A stretch of 64,000 nucleotides of DNA. It comes from an uncultured Spirochaetales bacterium. Lineage in GTDB: Bacteria > Myxococcota_A > UBA9160 > SMWR01. This document shows, one piece after another, positions 29,964 to 39,471 of this stretch; within the stretch, counting starts at the first letter, position 1, and each line of letters opens with the position of its first letter. The notes beneath the pieces are model-generated. The model saw nothing but the letters and a program-made list of their open reading frames with translations, was not told the DNA's origin and ran no database searches. The stretch spans positions 4,323 to 68,322 of the forward strand of contig CAYPSI010000070.1 in NCBI GenBank assembly GCA_964413375.1, in the 5' to 3' direction. Made by a program: the position numbers and the translations under genes.

Positions 29964-31175
29964 ATGCCGACCGACTCGACACGCTCGAGCTGGGGAAGAG
30001 CCGCTCCCATCGATGCGATCGACGGCGAAGTCGCGATCGTCGGCGTGGGCGACAGCGACCACAGCAAGGCCAGCGGCCGCACCCACCAGCAGATCGGTGC
30101 CCAGGCTATCGCACGGGCACTCGCCGACGCCGGCCTCGACCCGGAGGACGTCGACGGCCTCCTCTACAGCGGCGGCATGGGCGCCGAGTTCGGCGAGGCC
30201 GACTTCCACAGCCACTTCGGCACCCGCCAGCAGATCCTGACGGCGCCGCGCGGCGGCGGCATGGTCTGGGCAGGAACGGCGCCGGCCGTCGCGGCCGAGT
30301 GGCTGCGCAGCGGCCAGGCGCGCCACGTCGTGAACGTGTTCGCCGTCTCCTGGGCGACGCAGCGAGGCAGCATGGTCGGCGGGCCGGGGCACTTCCACGC
30401 GCACGAGCAGATGAAGCGCCAGCTCGAGGTCCCCTACGGCTGGTTCCCGCAGCCGGTCTACTTCGCGACGATCGCGCGCCGCCACATGCACATCTATGGG
30501 ACGAAGCCCGAGCAGCTCGGTGCGATCGCAGTAGCCTGCAGGCGCCACGCGAACCTCCACCCGGGAGCGCTGATGCGCGACAAGACGCTCTCGCTCGAGG
30601 AATACCTCGCACGGCCGATGCTGGTCGATCCGCTGCGCATGGAGGACTGCTGCCTGATCTCGGACGGTGGCGGAGCCTACGTGATGACGAGCGTCGAACG
30701 CGCGCGCGACCTCGCGAAGCCACTCGTCGTCGTCGAGGGCGTGGGCGAAGGGCATTCGGGCGCCGGCGTCTACTGGGCGCAGCAGGGCGACTTCACGAGC
30801 ACGCCCCAGGTCTTCGCGGCCCCGGCGGCCTTCCAGATGGCCGGAATCCGGCCGCGCGACGTCGACGTGCTCGCGCTCTACGACCCCTTCACGATCGTGA
30901 CGCTCTTGCAGATCGAGGACATGGGCTTCTGCGAGAAGGGAGAGGGCGGCGCCTTCGTCGAGGGGACCTCGCTCCACTTCGACGGCGGGAAGCTGCCCAC
31001 CAACACGCACGGAGGGCTGCTCTCCCACGCCTACGTGCTCGGGATCTCCCACGTGGTGGAGCTCGTACGCCAGCTGCGCGGCGAGGCAGCGGCGCAGGTG
31101 CCCGAGGCCGAGATCGCGGTCTACGGCGGCTATACCGGCGCGATGGCGAGCACGCTCGTGCTGAGGCGCGAATGA
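29964..31175 (+). CDS. thiolase-like (SCP-x / Ltp-type) protein
   Basis: 403 aa with a thiolase fold and C-terminal NTHGGLLSHAYVLG. I do not see the usual nucleophile Cys motif. Its stop overlaps the next start (ATGA). Confidence 0.75.
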   Translation: MPTDSTRSSWGRAAPIDAIDGEVAIVGVGDSDHSKASGRTHQQIGAQAIARALADAGLDPEDVDGLLYSGGMGAEFGEADFHSHFGTRQQILTAPRGGGMVWAGTAPAVAAEWLRSGQARHVVNVFAVSWATQRGSMVGGPGHFHAHEQMKRQLEVPYGWFPQPVYFATIARRHMHIYGTKPEQLGAIAVACRRHANLHPGALMRDKTLSLEEYLARPMLVDPLRMEDCCLISDGGGAYVMTSVERARDLAKPLVVVEGVGEGHSGAGVYWAQQGDFTSTPQVFAAPAAFQMAGIRPRDVDVLALYDPFTIVTLLQIEDMGFCEKGEGGAFVEGTSLHFDGGKLPTNTHGGLLSHAYVLGISHVVELVRQLRGEAAAQVPEAEIAVYGGYTGAMASTLVLRRE

Positions 31176-31600
31176 GCGAGTTCCCGATCCCCGACCCGGA
31201 CTTCGAGCCGACGCGGCCCTTCTTCGAAGGGGCGGCACGGGGCGAGCTGCTGATCCCGCGCTGCTCGCAGTGCGGTCGCTTCCAGTGGACCCCGCCCGAG
31301 CGCTGCCGGGACTGCGGCGCAGAGCAGCTCGTGTGGACCGCGACCTCGGGGCGCGGGACGCTCTTTTCCTTCGCGCTCGTGCGGCGCCCGCTGCTGCGGC
31401 ACTTCGCGCCGCTCGTCCCCTTCGCAACCGGCATCGTGACGCTGGCGGAGGATCCGGCGCTGCGGATCGTGACGCGCTTCGTCGACTGCGATCCCGCCGG
31501 GCTGCAGATCGACCTGCCGGTGCGGGCCGTCTTCCGGCCGCTCGGCCATCCGAGCGCGGCCTGGGACCTCGTCGTTCCCTTCTTCACTCCGGCGGGCTGA
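31172..31600 (+). CDS. DUF35 Zn-ribbon/OB-fold protein (thiolase partner)
   Basis: 142 aa with CSQCGRFQWTPPERCRDCG, then an OB fold (GTLFSFALV..GIVTL). Confidence 0.8.
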   Translation: MSEFPIPDPDFEPTRPFFEGAARGELLIPRCSQCGRFQWTPPERCRDCGAEQLVWTATSGRGTLFSFALVRRPLLRHFAPLVPFATGIVTLAEDPALRIVTRFVDCDPAGLQIDLPVRAVFRPLGHPSAAWDLVVPFFTPAG

Positions 31601-32621
31601 GCCCTCCGGGCGCGGACTCTGCCTCACGCGCGCCGAGCGCGCGGATCCGCTCCGCCGTCGCGGGATGCGAGGAGAGGTACTCGGCAAGCCCTCCGCGGTC
31701 CTGTGGCACGCCCTGGCTCGCCTCGAGCCGCACCAGAAGATCGGCGAGCGCGCTCGTGTCGAGTCCGTTCGCGGCGAGGACCCGCAGCGCGTAGTCGTCG
31801 GCCTCGCGCTCGAAGTCGCGGGAGTAGCGGGCCTCGAGCACGAACGCGGGAAGCGCCGATGCCAGGGTTCCGACGTCGCCGACCCAGACGGCGACGAGCA
31901 TGCCGACGACGGAGGCCTGGATCAGACCGCGCAGCGCGTGCCGCTCGCGCAGGTGGCCGAGCTCGTGCGCGAGCACGCCGATCACCTCGTCGTCGCTGTG
32001 TGCGAGCTGCACGAGCCCATCGGTGACGACGATTTCGCCGCCGGGCAGCGCGAACGCGTTCGCCCCGAGCGCGCTGCTGCGGAAATGGAGCGTGTGGCCG
32101 GGGAGCCCTCCCGCCGGCGCCTGCAGCGCCGCGAGGCGGGCCGCGAGGCGAGCCTGCACCCCCGGGTCGAGCTTCGAAGCCTCGAAGGCCGCTTCGTCGA
32201 GGACTTCGAGGGTGTGCGAGCCGAGGCCCTGCACCCAGTCTTCGGGGAGCGCCTCCGCGACGCTCTCGGCGAGCCACGGGAGCCCCCAGGAATAGCCGGC
32301 GGCGAGCAGGGCCAGCGTCAGCGCGGCGCTCGCGAGCGCGATGCGCAGGCTCGCCTGCCAGCGCGAGACGCGCCCTTCGCGATGGCCGAGCAGCTCGAGC
32401 AGGAGATCGACTCCCGGCCCGGGCAGGACCTCGCAGCGCGCTCCATCGGGGAGCACGAGCACGCGCCCCGCGCGCGCGAGCGGCTCGGAGATCTCGACCG
32501 CCGCGAGCGGTACGCGCAGCGCGATCCCCTCGCCTTCGAGCGCGAGTTCTCCCGCCTGCCGCGAGAGCAGCACCTCGCGACCCTGCGAGGTCCTGCCGTC
32601 GAAGAAGCGCGCGCGCACCAT
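31584..32621 (-). CDS. M48 family metallopeptidase with an N-terminal non-catalytic domain and a TM segment
   Basis: ORF 31584..33548 trimmed to ATG 32621. It has a HELGH zincin motif and a downstream READDYA. Confidence 0.8.
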   Translation of the reverse strand: MVRARFFDGRTSQGREVLLSRQAGELALEGEGIALRVPLAAVEISEPLARAGRVLVLPDGARCEVLPGPGVDLLLELLGHREGRVSRWQASLRIALASAALTLALLAAGYSWGLPWLAESVAEALPEDWVQGLGSHTLEVLDEAAFEASKLDPGVQARLAARLAALQAPAGGLPGHTLHFRSSALGANAFALPGGEIVVTDGLVQLAHSDDEVIGVLAHELGHLRERHALRGLIQASVVGMLVAVWVGDVGTLASALPAFVLEARYSRDFEREADDYALRVLAANGLDTSALADLLVRLEASQGVPQDRGGLAEYLSSHPATAERIRALGAREAESAPGGLSPPE

Positions 32622-32635
32622 CGCCGCCGGCGCCT

Positions 32636-33688
32636 CTAGAATCCGATGTCGAAGCCGAAGAGCTCCGCGATCTCGTCGGCGGCCGCGCCCTCGGGCTGCG
32701 CTGCGCCCGCGAAGAACTCGTCGAGGCCCGTGGCCGGCGCGAGCCAGGTCCGCTCGGCGCGCCAGCGCGCCGAGCGGACGGCCGCCCAGGGGCGGAAGAG
32801 CCCGAGCGTCGCGACCGTCGCCGCCACGTTCCCGAGCTCGAGCGCGAGGAAGGACGCCAGCGTCTGCTGGCTGCGGAAGCGGTGCGGGCCCAGCCGGAGG
32901 CCGTTCCACACCGCATTGTGCAGGCTCACGCGGAAGTACGCGCCGGCCGCGACGAACGCGGCGAGGAAGGCCGCGACCGAGAACACCAGCGTCGCCGCGG
33001 GATCGCCAGTCGCTTGCAGCCACAGCGGGGGCGCCGCACAGCGAGCCGCAGCGGCGGCGATTCCGACGCAGACGAGGATCGCGAACATCCCGAGGCAGAT
33101 CCGGTACACCTCGTCCACGCGCAGCCCGCTCTCGAAGCGCGTCCCCCCGAAAGCGCTGTGGCCATAGAGGAAGCGCTGCTGGCGCTGGAGGGAGACCGGA
33201 AACAGGAAGCCGAGCGTCGCCACCGCTGCGAGCGGCCACAGGAGATACGCCCGGGCGGCCTCCGCCATCCGCCCGTGGAACGCAAAGCGCAGGCCGCGGT
33301 GGAGCGTGTGGCCGAGCCGGAAGCGCAGCGCCGCGGTGATCATCCACGGGAGCACCGCGACGAAGAGCACGCTCGCGAGCACGCTCACCAGCGCGCTCGC
33401 CTGGCTTCCTAGATTCACCAGACCGAGCAGCGCCAGCGCGAGAAATCGCCCGCGCAGGATCGCGATCGGCCGGGCGTCGAAATCGAAGCCCGCTCCGGCG
33501 AGCCGGAGATTGCGATGGAAGTACTGCTCGCGGCGCACCTTCGCCCACGGCGAGTAGATCCCGAGCGTCAGCAGCGTGAGCGCCAGGTTCACGATCCAGA
33601 TCCGGAAGTACTCGCTCCCGCTCCCGAGGAACTCGGCGCGGATGGGCCGGGGCGGCGCGGCGGGCTCGGCGGGAAGCGCGTCCTGCAT
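32636..33688 (-). CDS. YjgN / DUF898 family membrane protein
   Basis: 350 aa with FLGSGSEYFRIWIVNLALTLLTLGIYSPWAKVR and a repeated half with LGLFRPWAAVR. Confidence 0.75.
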   Translation of the reverse strand: MQDALPAEPAAPPRPIRAEFLGSGSEYFRIWIVNLALTLLTLGIYSPWAKVRREQYFHRNLRLAGAGFDFDARPIAILRGRFLALALLGLVNLGSQASALVSVLASVLFVAVLPWMITAALRFRLGHTLHRGLRFAFHGRMAEAARAYLLWPLAAVATLGFLFPVSLQRQQRFLYGHSAFGGTRFESGLRVDEVYRICLGMFAILVCVGIAAAAARCAAPPLWLQATGDPAATLVFSVAAFLAAFVAAGAYFRVSLHNAVWNGLRLGPHRFRSQQTLASFLALELGNVAATVATLGLFRPWAAVRSARWRAERTWLAPATGLDEFFAGAAQPEGAAADEIAELFGFDIGF

Positions 33689-33719
33689 GCCCTCCTCCCT
33701 CGGCCGCTTCCCGGCCGCG

Positions 33720-33886
33720 TCAGGATCCCTTCGTCATCTCGTCGTAGCGGCGCTGCATCTCTGCGGGTGAAACCTTCTCGATCTCGTGGCCGATGTTCCC
33801 TTCGCGCCGAAGGCCTCGCGGTAGAAATCGATCGCCTTCGAAGCGTTCTCCAGCCTGAGATACGCGAAGAGCTCGTGTACGGTCAT
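33720..33886 (-). pseudogene. remnant of a VOC/glyoxalase-family gene (internal deletion plus frameshift)
   Basis: AGGAGG then ATG 33886 gives MTVHELFAYLRLENASKAIDFYREAFGAK. A different frame then reads GHEIEKVSPAEMQRRYDEMTKGS*. This is the N- and C-terminal ends of a ~150-aa family joined within 167 nt. Confidence 0.45.
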
Positions 33887-33935
33887 CCCGCGCCTCCTTT
33901 GCGTGCTCGTGAAGCCACTCGAGGATCAGTCTACC

Positions 33936-35090
33936 TCAGCCCTCCTCCAGCTCGGCGAGGAGTGCTGCGCGGTGCTCGTCGAGGCGCGGCGCGGGGTCGC
34001 GCGTCGGGGGATCTTCGACGCCGGAGAGCTTCACCGGGTTGCCGGCGAGCGAGAAGGGGCCCGCGTCCGGATCGTCGACCGTGACCACCATGTTGCGCGC
34101 GCGCACCTGTGGATCGGCGAGGACCTGGGCCACGTCGTTCAGCGGTCCGCAGGGGACGCCATCGGCCTCGAGCGCCGCGAGCCATTCGGCGGTCGCGCGC
34201 GTGGCAAAGGCGGGCTCGAGCTCGCCGGCGAGGTCGGCGACGTTGCGGGTACGCTCGTCGTTGGTGCGGAAGCGCGGGTCCACCGCGAGCTCGGGCCGGC
34301 CGAGTGCCAGCGCGAGCTTTGCGAAGAGCGCGTCGTTCCCGGCGGCGACGATCACGTACCCGTCGCGCGTCGCGAAGGCCTGGAAGGGCGAGATCGAGGG
34401 GTGACGCGAGCCGAGCGGCCCGGGCACGCTGCCGGTTGCGACGTAGCGCGCGATCGCGTTCTCGAGCGTCGCGACCTGGCAGTCGAGCATCGCGACGTCG
34501 ACGTGACGGCCGAGACCCGTGCCGGCTCGCTCGCAGAGCGCCGCGAGCACGCCGACCGCCGTGAAGAGGCCCGCGGTGATGTCGCCCGTCGAGGTCCCGA
34601 CGCGGGTCGGGGGGCCGCCGGGGTGGCCGGTGAGGCTCATGATGCCGCCCATGCCCTGCACCACCACGTCATAGGCCGGGCGTCGCGCGTAGGGGCCCGT
34701 CTGCCCGAAGCCGGAGGTCGAGGCCACGACGAGGCGCGGCAAGCGCGCGTGGAGCTCCGGCCAGCCGAGGCCGAGCCGCTCCATCACGCCGGGGCGGAAG
34801 TTTTCGACGAGCACGTCGGCCTTCGCCAGCAGCTTCTCGAAGATCGCGCGGTCGGCGTCGTCGCGCAGGTCGAGCGCGATCGACTGCTTGCCACGGTTGA
34901 GCGACAGGAAGTACGCCGATACACCCCCGACGAAGGGGCCGATCTGGCGCGCGTCGTCGCCGCGCTCCGGCGCCTCGACCTTCACCACGCGCGCGCCGAG
35001 GTCGGCGAACAGCATGGTGCAGTAGGGCCCCGCGAGCACGCGGGTCAGATCGAGGACGAAGGTCCCCGCGAGCGGCCCGGCCGTTCCCAT
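33936..35090 (-). CDS. CaiB/BaiF family (class III) CoA-transferase
   Basis: Contains LDLTRVLAGPYCTMLFADLGARVVKVE plus the central and C-terminal family pattern. Confidence 0.85.
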   Translation of the reverse strand: MGTAGPLAGTFVLDLTRVLAGPYCTMLFADLGARVVKVEAPERGDDARQIGPFVGGVSAYFLSLNRGKQSIALDLRDDADRAIFEKLLAKADVLVENFRPGVMERLGLGWPELHARLPRLVVASTSGFGQTGPYARRPAYDVVVQGMGGIMSLTGHPGGPPTRVGTSTGDITAGLFTAVGVLAALCERAGTGLGRHVDVAMLDCQVATLENAIARYVATGSVPGPLGSRHPSISPFQAFATRDGYVIVAAGNDALFAKLALALGRPELAVDPRFRTNDERTRNVADLAGELEPAFATRATAEWLAALEADGVPCGPLNDVAQVLADPQVRARNMVVTVDDPDAGPFSLAGNPVKLSGVEDPPTRDPAPRLDEHRAALLAELEEG

Positions 35091-35120
35091 CCGGTCCGCA
35101 GACTAGCGCGACCCCGGGGG

Positions 35121-36917
35121 CTAGGACCCGATGGACTCGAGCCGGGCCTGCAGGGCGTCGAGCTCGTTCTGGAGCGCTTGCGGCACGCGGCCGCCGAAGC
35201 CCTCGTAGTACTCGCGGACCCCGTGCACGTCCGACAGCCAGCCTTCGAGGTCCACGCGGAGCAGCTCGGCGATGTCCTCGCGCGAGACGTCGTCGAGTCC
35301 GGCGAGGTCGATGCCGCCCGGGCCCGGGAGGTTCCCGATCGGCGTCTCGACGGCCTTCGCGGTGCCCTCGCAGCGCTCGAAGACCCACTTGAGCACGCGA
35401 CCGTTCTCGCCGAAGCCCGGCCACAGGAAGTCGCCGCCGGGGCTCTTGCGGAACCAGTTCACCATGTAGATGCGCGGCAGCTTCGCACCGGCGTGCTCGC
35501 CGATGCGCAGCCAGTGCGCCCAGTAGTCGGCCATGTTGTACCCGCAGAAGGGGAGCATGGCCATCGGATCGCGGCGTAGCTCGCCCACCTTGCCGGTCGC
35601 GGCCGCCGTCTTCTCGCTGCCCATGATCGAGCCGAGGAAGGTTCCGTGCTGCCAGTCGCGCGCCTCGTTCACGAGCGGCACGGTATGCGCGCGACGCCCC
35701 CCGAAGAGGATCGCGCTGATCGGGACGCCCTTCGGATCCTCCCACTCGGGCGCGATCACCGGGCACTGCGAGGCCGGCGCGGTGAAGCGCGCGTTCGGGT
35801 GCGCGGCGACCCTTCCGGCCTGCGGCGTCCAGTCCTTGCCGTGCCAGTCGACGAGGTGCTTCGGCGGCGCGTCGCTCATCTCCTCCCACCAGACGTCCCC
35901 GTCGTCGGTGAGCGCACAGTTCGTGAACAGGCTGTTGCGGGTGAAGGTCAGCATCGCGTTCGGGTTCGACTTCATGCTCGTACCGGGCGCCACGCCGAAG
36001 AAGCCGGCCTCGGGGTTGATCGCATGCAGCCGGCCGTCGGCGCCGAACTTCATCCAGGCGATGTCGTCGCCGATCGTCTCGACCTTCCAGCCGGGGAGGG
36101 TCGGCGTCAGCATCGCGAGGTTCGTCTTGCCGCAGGCGCTCGGGAACGCGCCGGCCACGTAGCGGATCTTGCCCTCCGGATTCGTGAGCTTCAGGATCAG
36201 CATGTGCTCGGCGAGCCAGCCCTCGTCGCGCGCCATCGCCGAGGCGATGCGCAGTGCGAAGCACTTCTTGCCGAGCAACGCATTCCCGCCGTAGCCCGAG
36301 CCGAAGGACCAGATCTCGCGCGCGTCGGGGAAGTGCACGATGTACTTGTTCTCGGCGTTGCAGGGCCAGGGCACGTCCTTCTCGCCCTGCGCGAGGGGCC
36401 TGCCCACCGAGTGCAGGCAGGGAACGAAGGCGCCGTTGCCCAGCGTCTCGAGCACGCGGCCGCCCATGCGCGTCATGATGCGCATGCTCGCCACGACGTA
36501 GGGAGAGTCGCTGATCTGCACGCCGATGTGGGCGATCGGCGATCCGATCGGGCCCATGCTGAAGGGGATCACGTACAGCGTGCGGCCGCGCATGCAGCCG
36601 CGAAAGAGCTGCGTGAGCGTCGCGCGCATCTCGACGGGGTCGGCCCAGTGGTTGGTGGGTCCGGCCTCCTCCCGCGTCTTCGAGCAGATGAAGGTACGGT
36701 CCTCGACGCGTGCCACGTCCCCCGGATCGGACCACGCGAGATAGCTGTTCGGCCGCGTCTCGGGGTCGAGCTGGCGCAGCGTCCCGCCATCCAGCATCCG
36801 CTGGATCATCCCGTCGTACTCCTGCTGCGAGCCATCGCACCAGTGGACGCTGTCGGGCTGGCAGAGCGCGCGAGTCTCCTCGACCCAGCGAAGCAGAGCC
36901 TGGTTCTTGGTGGGCAT
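35121..36917 (-). CDS. pckG: phosphoenolpyruvate carboxykinase (GTP)
   Basis: ORF 35121..37412 trimmed to ATG 36917. Contains [17 protein letters not shown] and YNMADYW. About 598 aa. Confidence 0.95.
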   Translation of the reverse strand: MPTKNQALLRWVEETRALCQPDSVHWCDGSQQEYDGMIQRMLDGGTLRQLDPETRPNSYLAWSDPGDVARVEDRTFICSKTREEAGPTNHWADPVEMRATLTQLFRGCMRGRTLYVIPFSMGPIGSPIAHIGVQISDSPYVVASMRIMTRMGGRVLETLGNGAFVPCLHSVGRPLAQGEKDVPWPCNAENKYIVHFPDAREIWSFGSGYGGNALLGKKCFALRIASAMARDEGWLAEHMLILKLTNPEGKIRYVAGAFPSACGKTNLAMLTPTLPGWKVETIGDDIAWMKFGADGRLHAINPEAGFFGVAPGTSMKSNPNAMLTFTRNSLFTNCALTDDGDVWWEEMSDAPPKHLVDWHGKDWTPQAGRVAAHPNARFTAPASQCPVIAPEWEDPKGVPISAILFGGRRAHTVPLVNEARDWQHGTFLGSIMGSEKTAAATGKVGELRRDPMAMLPFCGYNMADYWAHWLRIGEHAGAKLPRIYMVNWFRKSPGGDFLWPGFGENGRVLKWVFERCEGTAKAVETPIGNLPGPGGIDLAGLDDVSREDIAELLRVDLEGWLSDVHGVREYYEGFGGRVPQALQNELDALQARLESIGS

Positions 36918-37018
36918 GGCGGGTGGTTCTCCTGAAGGCTCGTGGATAGCGAGCCCGGCGCCCCTGCGCCGGCTCGAACTCACCGCCTGTGGGTGACCTC
37001 GGCTGCAAAAGAGGCGCG

Positions 37019-37046
37019 AGTATACCCCACAGTTATCCAGTACGAA
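37019..37046 (-). promoter_or_regulatory. candidate promoter for pckG
   Basis: The minus strand reads TTCGTA, a 16-nt spacer, then TATACT, in a local AT-rich patch about 95 nt upstream of the ATG. Confidence 0.3.
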
Positions 37047-37090
37047 GTCGAACTGTGAGCAGAATCCCCCTCGGGGATCGCCTCTGTCGC

Positions 37091-38017
37091 TCAGCCGGGG
37101 CTGTGCGCAGACTTGCCGGGGTGGCTCCGGAACCACTCCAACATGCGCCGCCATCCCTCTTCGGCCGGCATCGGCCGGTAGCTCTCGCGGTAGTCCGCGT
37201 GGAAGCCGTGGGGGGCCTCCGGAAAGACGACGATCTCCGAGGCGCTCCCGGCCCGCTCCAGCTGCTTGCGCATCGCGAAGACCCCCTCCAGCGGAATCCC
37301 TGAATCCTCGGCCCCGTAGAGGCCGAGCACCGGCGCCAACCGGCGCTCGGCGAGATCGATCGGGTGCTCGGGCGTCTCGGCGCGCACCGGACCGGTGAGC
37401 CGCCCATACCACGCAGCGCCCGCGTCGAGGTCGGGGCGGTGCGCGGCGTAGAGCCAGACGATGCGCCCGCCCCAGCAGAAGCCGGTGATGAACAGGCCGG
37501 CCCGAGGAGCTCCGCTCGGCTGCGCCTCGCTGCGCGGCCGCTCTGCGGCCTTGCCTGCGAGGTCCCCACCGTCCGACGCCGCCCAGGCGGCGGCGGCGTC
37601 GAGATCGGACATCACCTGCGCGTCGGGGACGCGCGCGACGATCTCGCCGACGATCGCGTCGATGCTCGCAAGGCGCGTCGGGTCTCCCTGGCGCAGGTAC
37701 AGGTCCGGCGCGACGGCCAGGTATCCCGCCCGGGCCAGCCGCCGGCAGACGTCGCGAATGTACTCGTGGACGCCAAAGATCTCGTGGACCACGAGCACGA
37801 TCGGGAAGGGGCCGTCTCCCGCGGGCCGCGCGCGGTAGGCCGGGATCGGACGATCGGCTGCGGGCAGCTCGACCAGGCCCGACACGAGCGACGACGTATC
37901 GGTCCGGATCGCCTCCGCGCGCACCGGGCCCGCCGCGAGCGCGTAGCCAGCCGCCAGCGTGCCCGAGACCAGCAGCTCGCGACGCGTGAGGCCTCCCGGG
38001 CGCTCAGAGCCAGGCAA
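37091..38017 (-). CDS. dienelactone hydrolase family protein with a Tat-type signal
   Basis: ORF 37091..38131 trimmed to TTG 38017, which gives [28 protein letters not shown]. Motifs: [15 protein letters not shown] (Cys nucleophile), HGF. It contains an in-frame repeat insertion (see findings). Confidence 0.75.
   Translation of the reverse strand: MPGSERPGGLTRRELLVSGTLAAGYALAAGPVRAEAIRTDTSSLVSGLVELPAADRPIPAYRARPAGDGPFPIVLVVHEIFGVHEYIRDVCRRLARAGYLAVAPDLYLRQGDPTRLASIDAIVGEIVARVPDAQVMSDLDAAAAWAASDGGDLAGKAAERPRSEAQPSGAPRAGLFITGFCWGGRIVWLYAAHRPDLDAGAAWYGRLTGPVRAETPEHPIDLAERRLAPVLGLYGAEDSGIPLEGVFAMRKQLERAGSASEIVVFPEAPHGFHADYRESYRPMPAEEGWRRMLEWFRSHPGKSAHSPG
37510..37558 (-). repeat. dispersed repeat H module inside the dienelactone hydrolase CDS (sense, in frame)
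   Basis: The gene strand reads GCAGGCAAGGCCGCAGAGCGGCCGCGCAGCGAGGCGCAGCCGAGCGGAG. The last 26 nt match the H consensus at 25/26. It is translated as [16 protein letters not shown]. Confidence 0.8.
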
Positions 38018-38387
38018 GCAGCGCACCGAGCGTCGCGCCGAGCAGCAGGACCGTGTTCGCGAGCAGCGTGAGGCCGAAGCCCGGCCCGCGCTTCGCCGGG
38101 TCCTGCACGTAGCCGCGCGCGTAGAGCGCACGGCCGACGATGAACACGACGCCGAAGGCCGAGGCCCAGCCGGGGCTCATGAAGTGAGCGAAGCCGAAGA
38201 GCGCCGGCAGGAAGATCACGAGCTGCTCGATGGTGTTGTACTGCACGCGCAGGTAGCGCTCGAACTCGGGGTTGCCGGACATGGCCGGAGCCGCCACGCC
38301 GAGGCGACCTCGGGCCCGTCCGCACTGCATCGTGATCACGAAGTACTCGATCAGGGCCAGACCGGCGACGAAGGCGACGAGGTCCAT
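38004..38387 (-). CDS. MAPEG family membrane protein
   Basis: ORF 38004..38747 trimmed to ATG 38387, preceded by GGAGAAAGAGG. 127 aa with 4 TM segments, NTIEQLVIFLP and GRALYARGY. Confidence 0.75.
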   Translation of the reverse strand: MDLVAFVAGLALIEYFVITMQCGRARGRLGVAAPAMSGNPEFERYLRVQYNTIEQLVIFLPALFGFAHFMSPGWASAFGVVFIVGRALYARGYVQDPAKRGPGFGLTLLANTVLLLGATLGALLAWL

Positions 38388-38471
38388 CCTCTTTCTCCCC
38401 GGGGCGCGCCCCCTTCTCATACCATCCGTGCCGCCCCCGGCACAACGCGAATCGCGCGCCGGGCCCGACAA

Positions 38472-38528
38472 CTCCGCTCGCCTACGGCTCGCTGCGCGCT
38501 TCGCTTGCCTGCTCCGGCCTTCGCTTGC
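38472..38528 (-). repeat. dispersed repeat, H module (reverse orientation) plus an extra CTTCGCTTGC fragment
   Basis: CTCCGCTCGCCTACGGCTCGCTGCGCGCTTCGCTTGC, in the divergent MAPEG / PEP-mutase promoter region. Confidence 0.85.
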
Positions 38529-38574
38529 GGCCTCCGCGGGGCCGCCGTGGTACAAAAGGCCGCTGGAAGGCACC

Positions 38575-39471
38575 GTGAGAGACGACCCCGCTGCGAAGCT
38601 CCGCGCCCTGCTCGACGCCCCGGGGCTGCTCGTGATGCCCTGCTGCTTCGACGCGTGGTCGGCCCGCCTCATCGAGCTGGCGGGCTTCCCGCTCACCTTC
38701 ATGAGCGGCTTCGCCGTCTCGGCAGCGCGCGCGGCGTTACCCGACACCGGGCTCGTCTCCTACGGCGAGATGCTCGACTCGGGCCGGGAGATCTGCGCAG
38801 CCGTCTCGCTCCCGGTGATTGGCGACGCCGACACCGGCTATGGAAACCCTCTCAACGTGAAACGCACCGTACAGGGCTACGCGCGAGCCGGCTTCGCCGC
38901 GGCGATGATCGAGGACCAGCGCGGGCCGAAACGCTGCGGCCACACCCGCGGCAAGCAGGTCGTCCCTCGCGACGAGGCCGTGGCCCGCATTCGCGCGGCC
39001 GTCGAGGCCCGGGACGAGGGCGCCGACATCCTGATCCTCGCACGCAGCGACGCGCGCGGGCCGGAGGGCCTCGACGAAGCCCTGTGGCGCATCGCCGCCT
39101 TTGCGGACGCCGGCGCCGACATCCTCTTCCTCGAGGCGCCGCGCAGCGAGGACGAGATGCGCCGCTTCTGTCGGGAGGCGCGCGCGCCCGCGATGGCGAA
39201 TCTCGTCGAGGGCGGCGACACACCGCTGCTCCCGCCCGCCCGGCTCGAGGAGATGGGCTACAAGATCGCGGCCTACCCGCTGACGCTGCTCTCCGCGGCG
39301 ACGCGCGCGATGCAGCGGGCGCTCGAGTCGCTCGGACGTGGCGAGCCCGCGCCCGATCTCGTGCCCTTCGACGAGCTGCGCCGCCTCGTGGGCTTCGACG
39401 CCTACGACCGCGACCTCGCGCGCTACGGCCCCGCCGCCGGTCCGGCGGAGCGCTCGAGCAGGCGCCGGTAG
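38575..39471 (+). CDS. isocitrate lyase / PEP mutase family enzyme (methylisocitrate lyase or phosphorylmutase-like)
   Basis: In-frame tail of ORF 38272..39471, starting at GTG 38575. Contains GDADTGYGN and EDQRGPKRCGHTRGK. Confidence 0.8.
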   Translation: MRDDPAAKLRALLDAPGLLVMPCCFDAWSARLIELAGFPLTFMSGFAVSAARAALPDTGLVSYGEMLDSGREICAAVSLPVIGDADTGYGNPLNVKRTVQGYARAGFAAAMIEDQRGPKRCGHTRGKQVVPRDEAVARIRAAVEARDEGADILILARSDARGPEGLDEALWRIAAFADAGADILFLEAPRSEDEMRRFCREARAPAMANLVEGGDTPLLPPARLEEMGYKIAAYPLTLLSAATRAMQRALESLGRGEPAPDLVPFDELRRLVGFDAYDRDLARYGPAAGPAERSSRRR

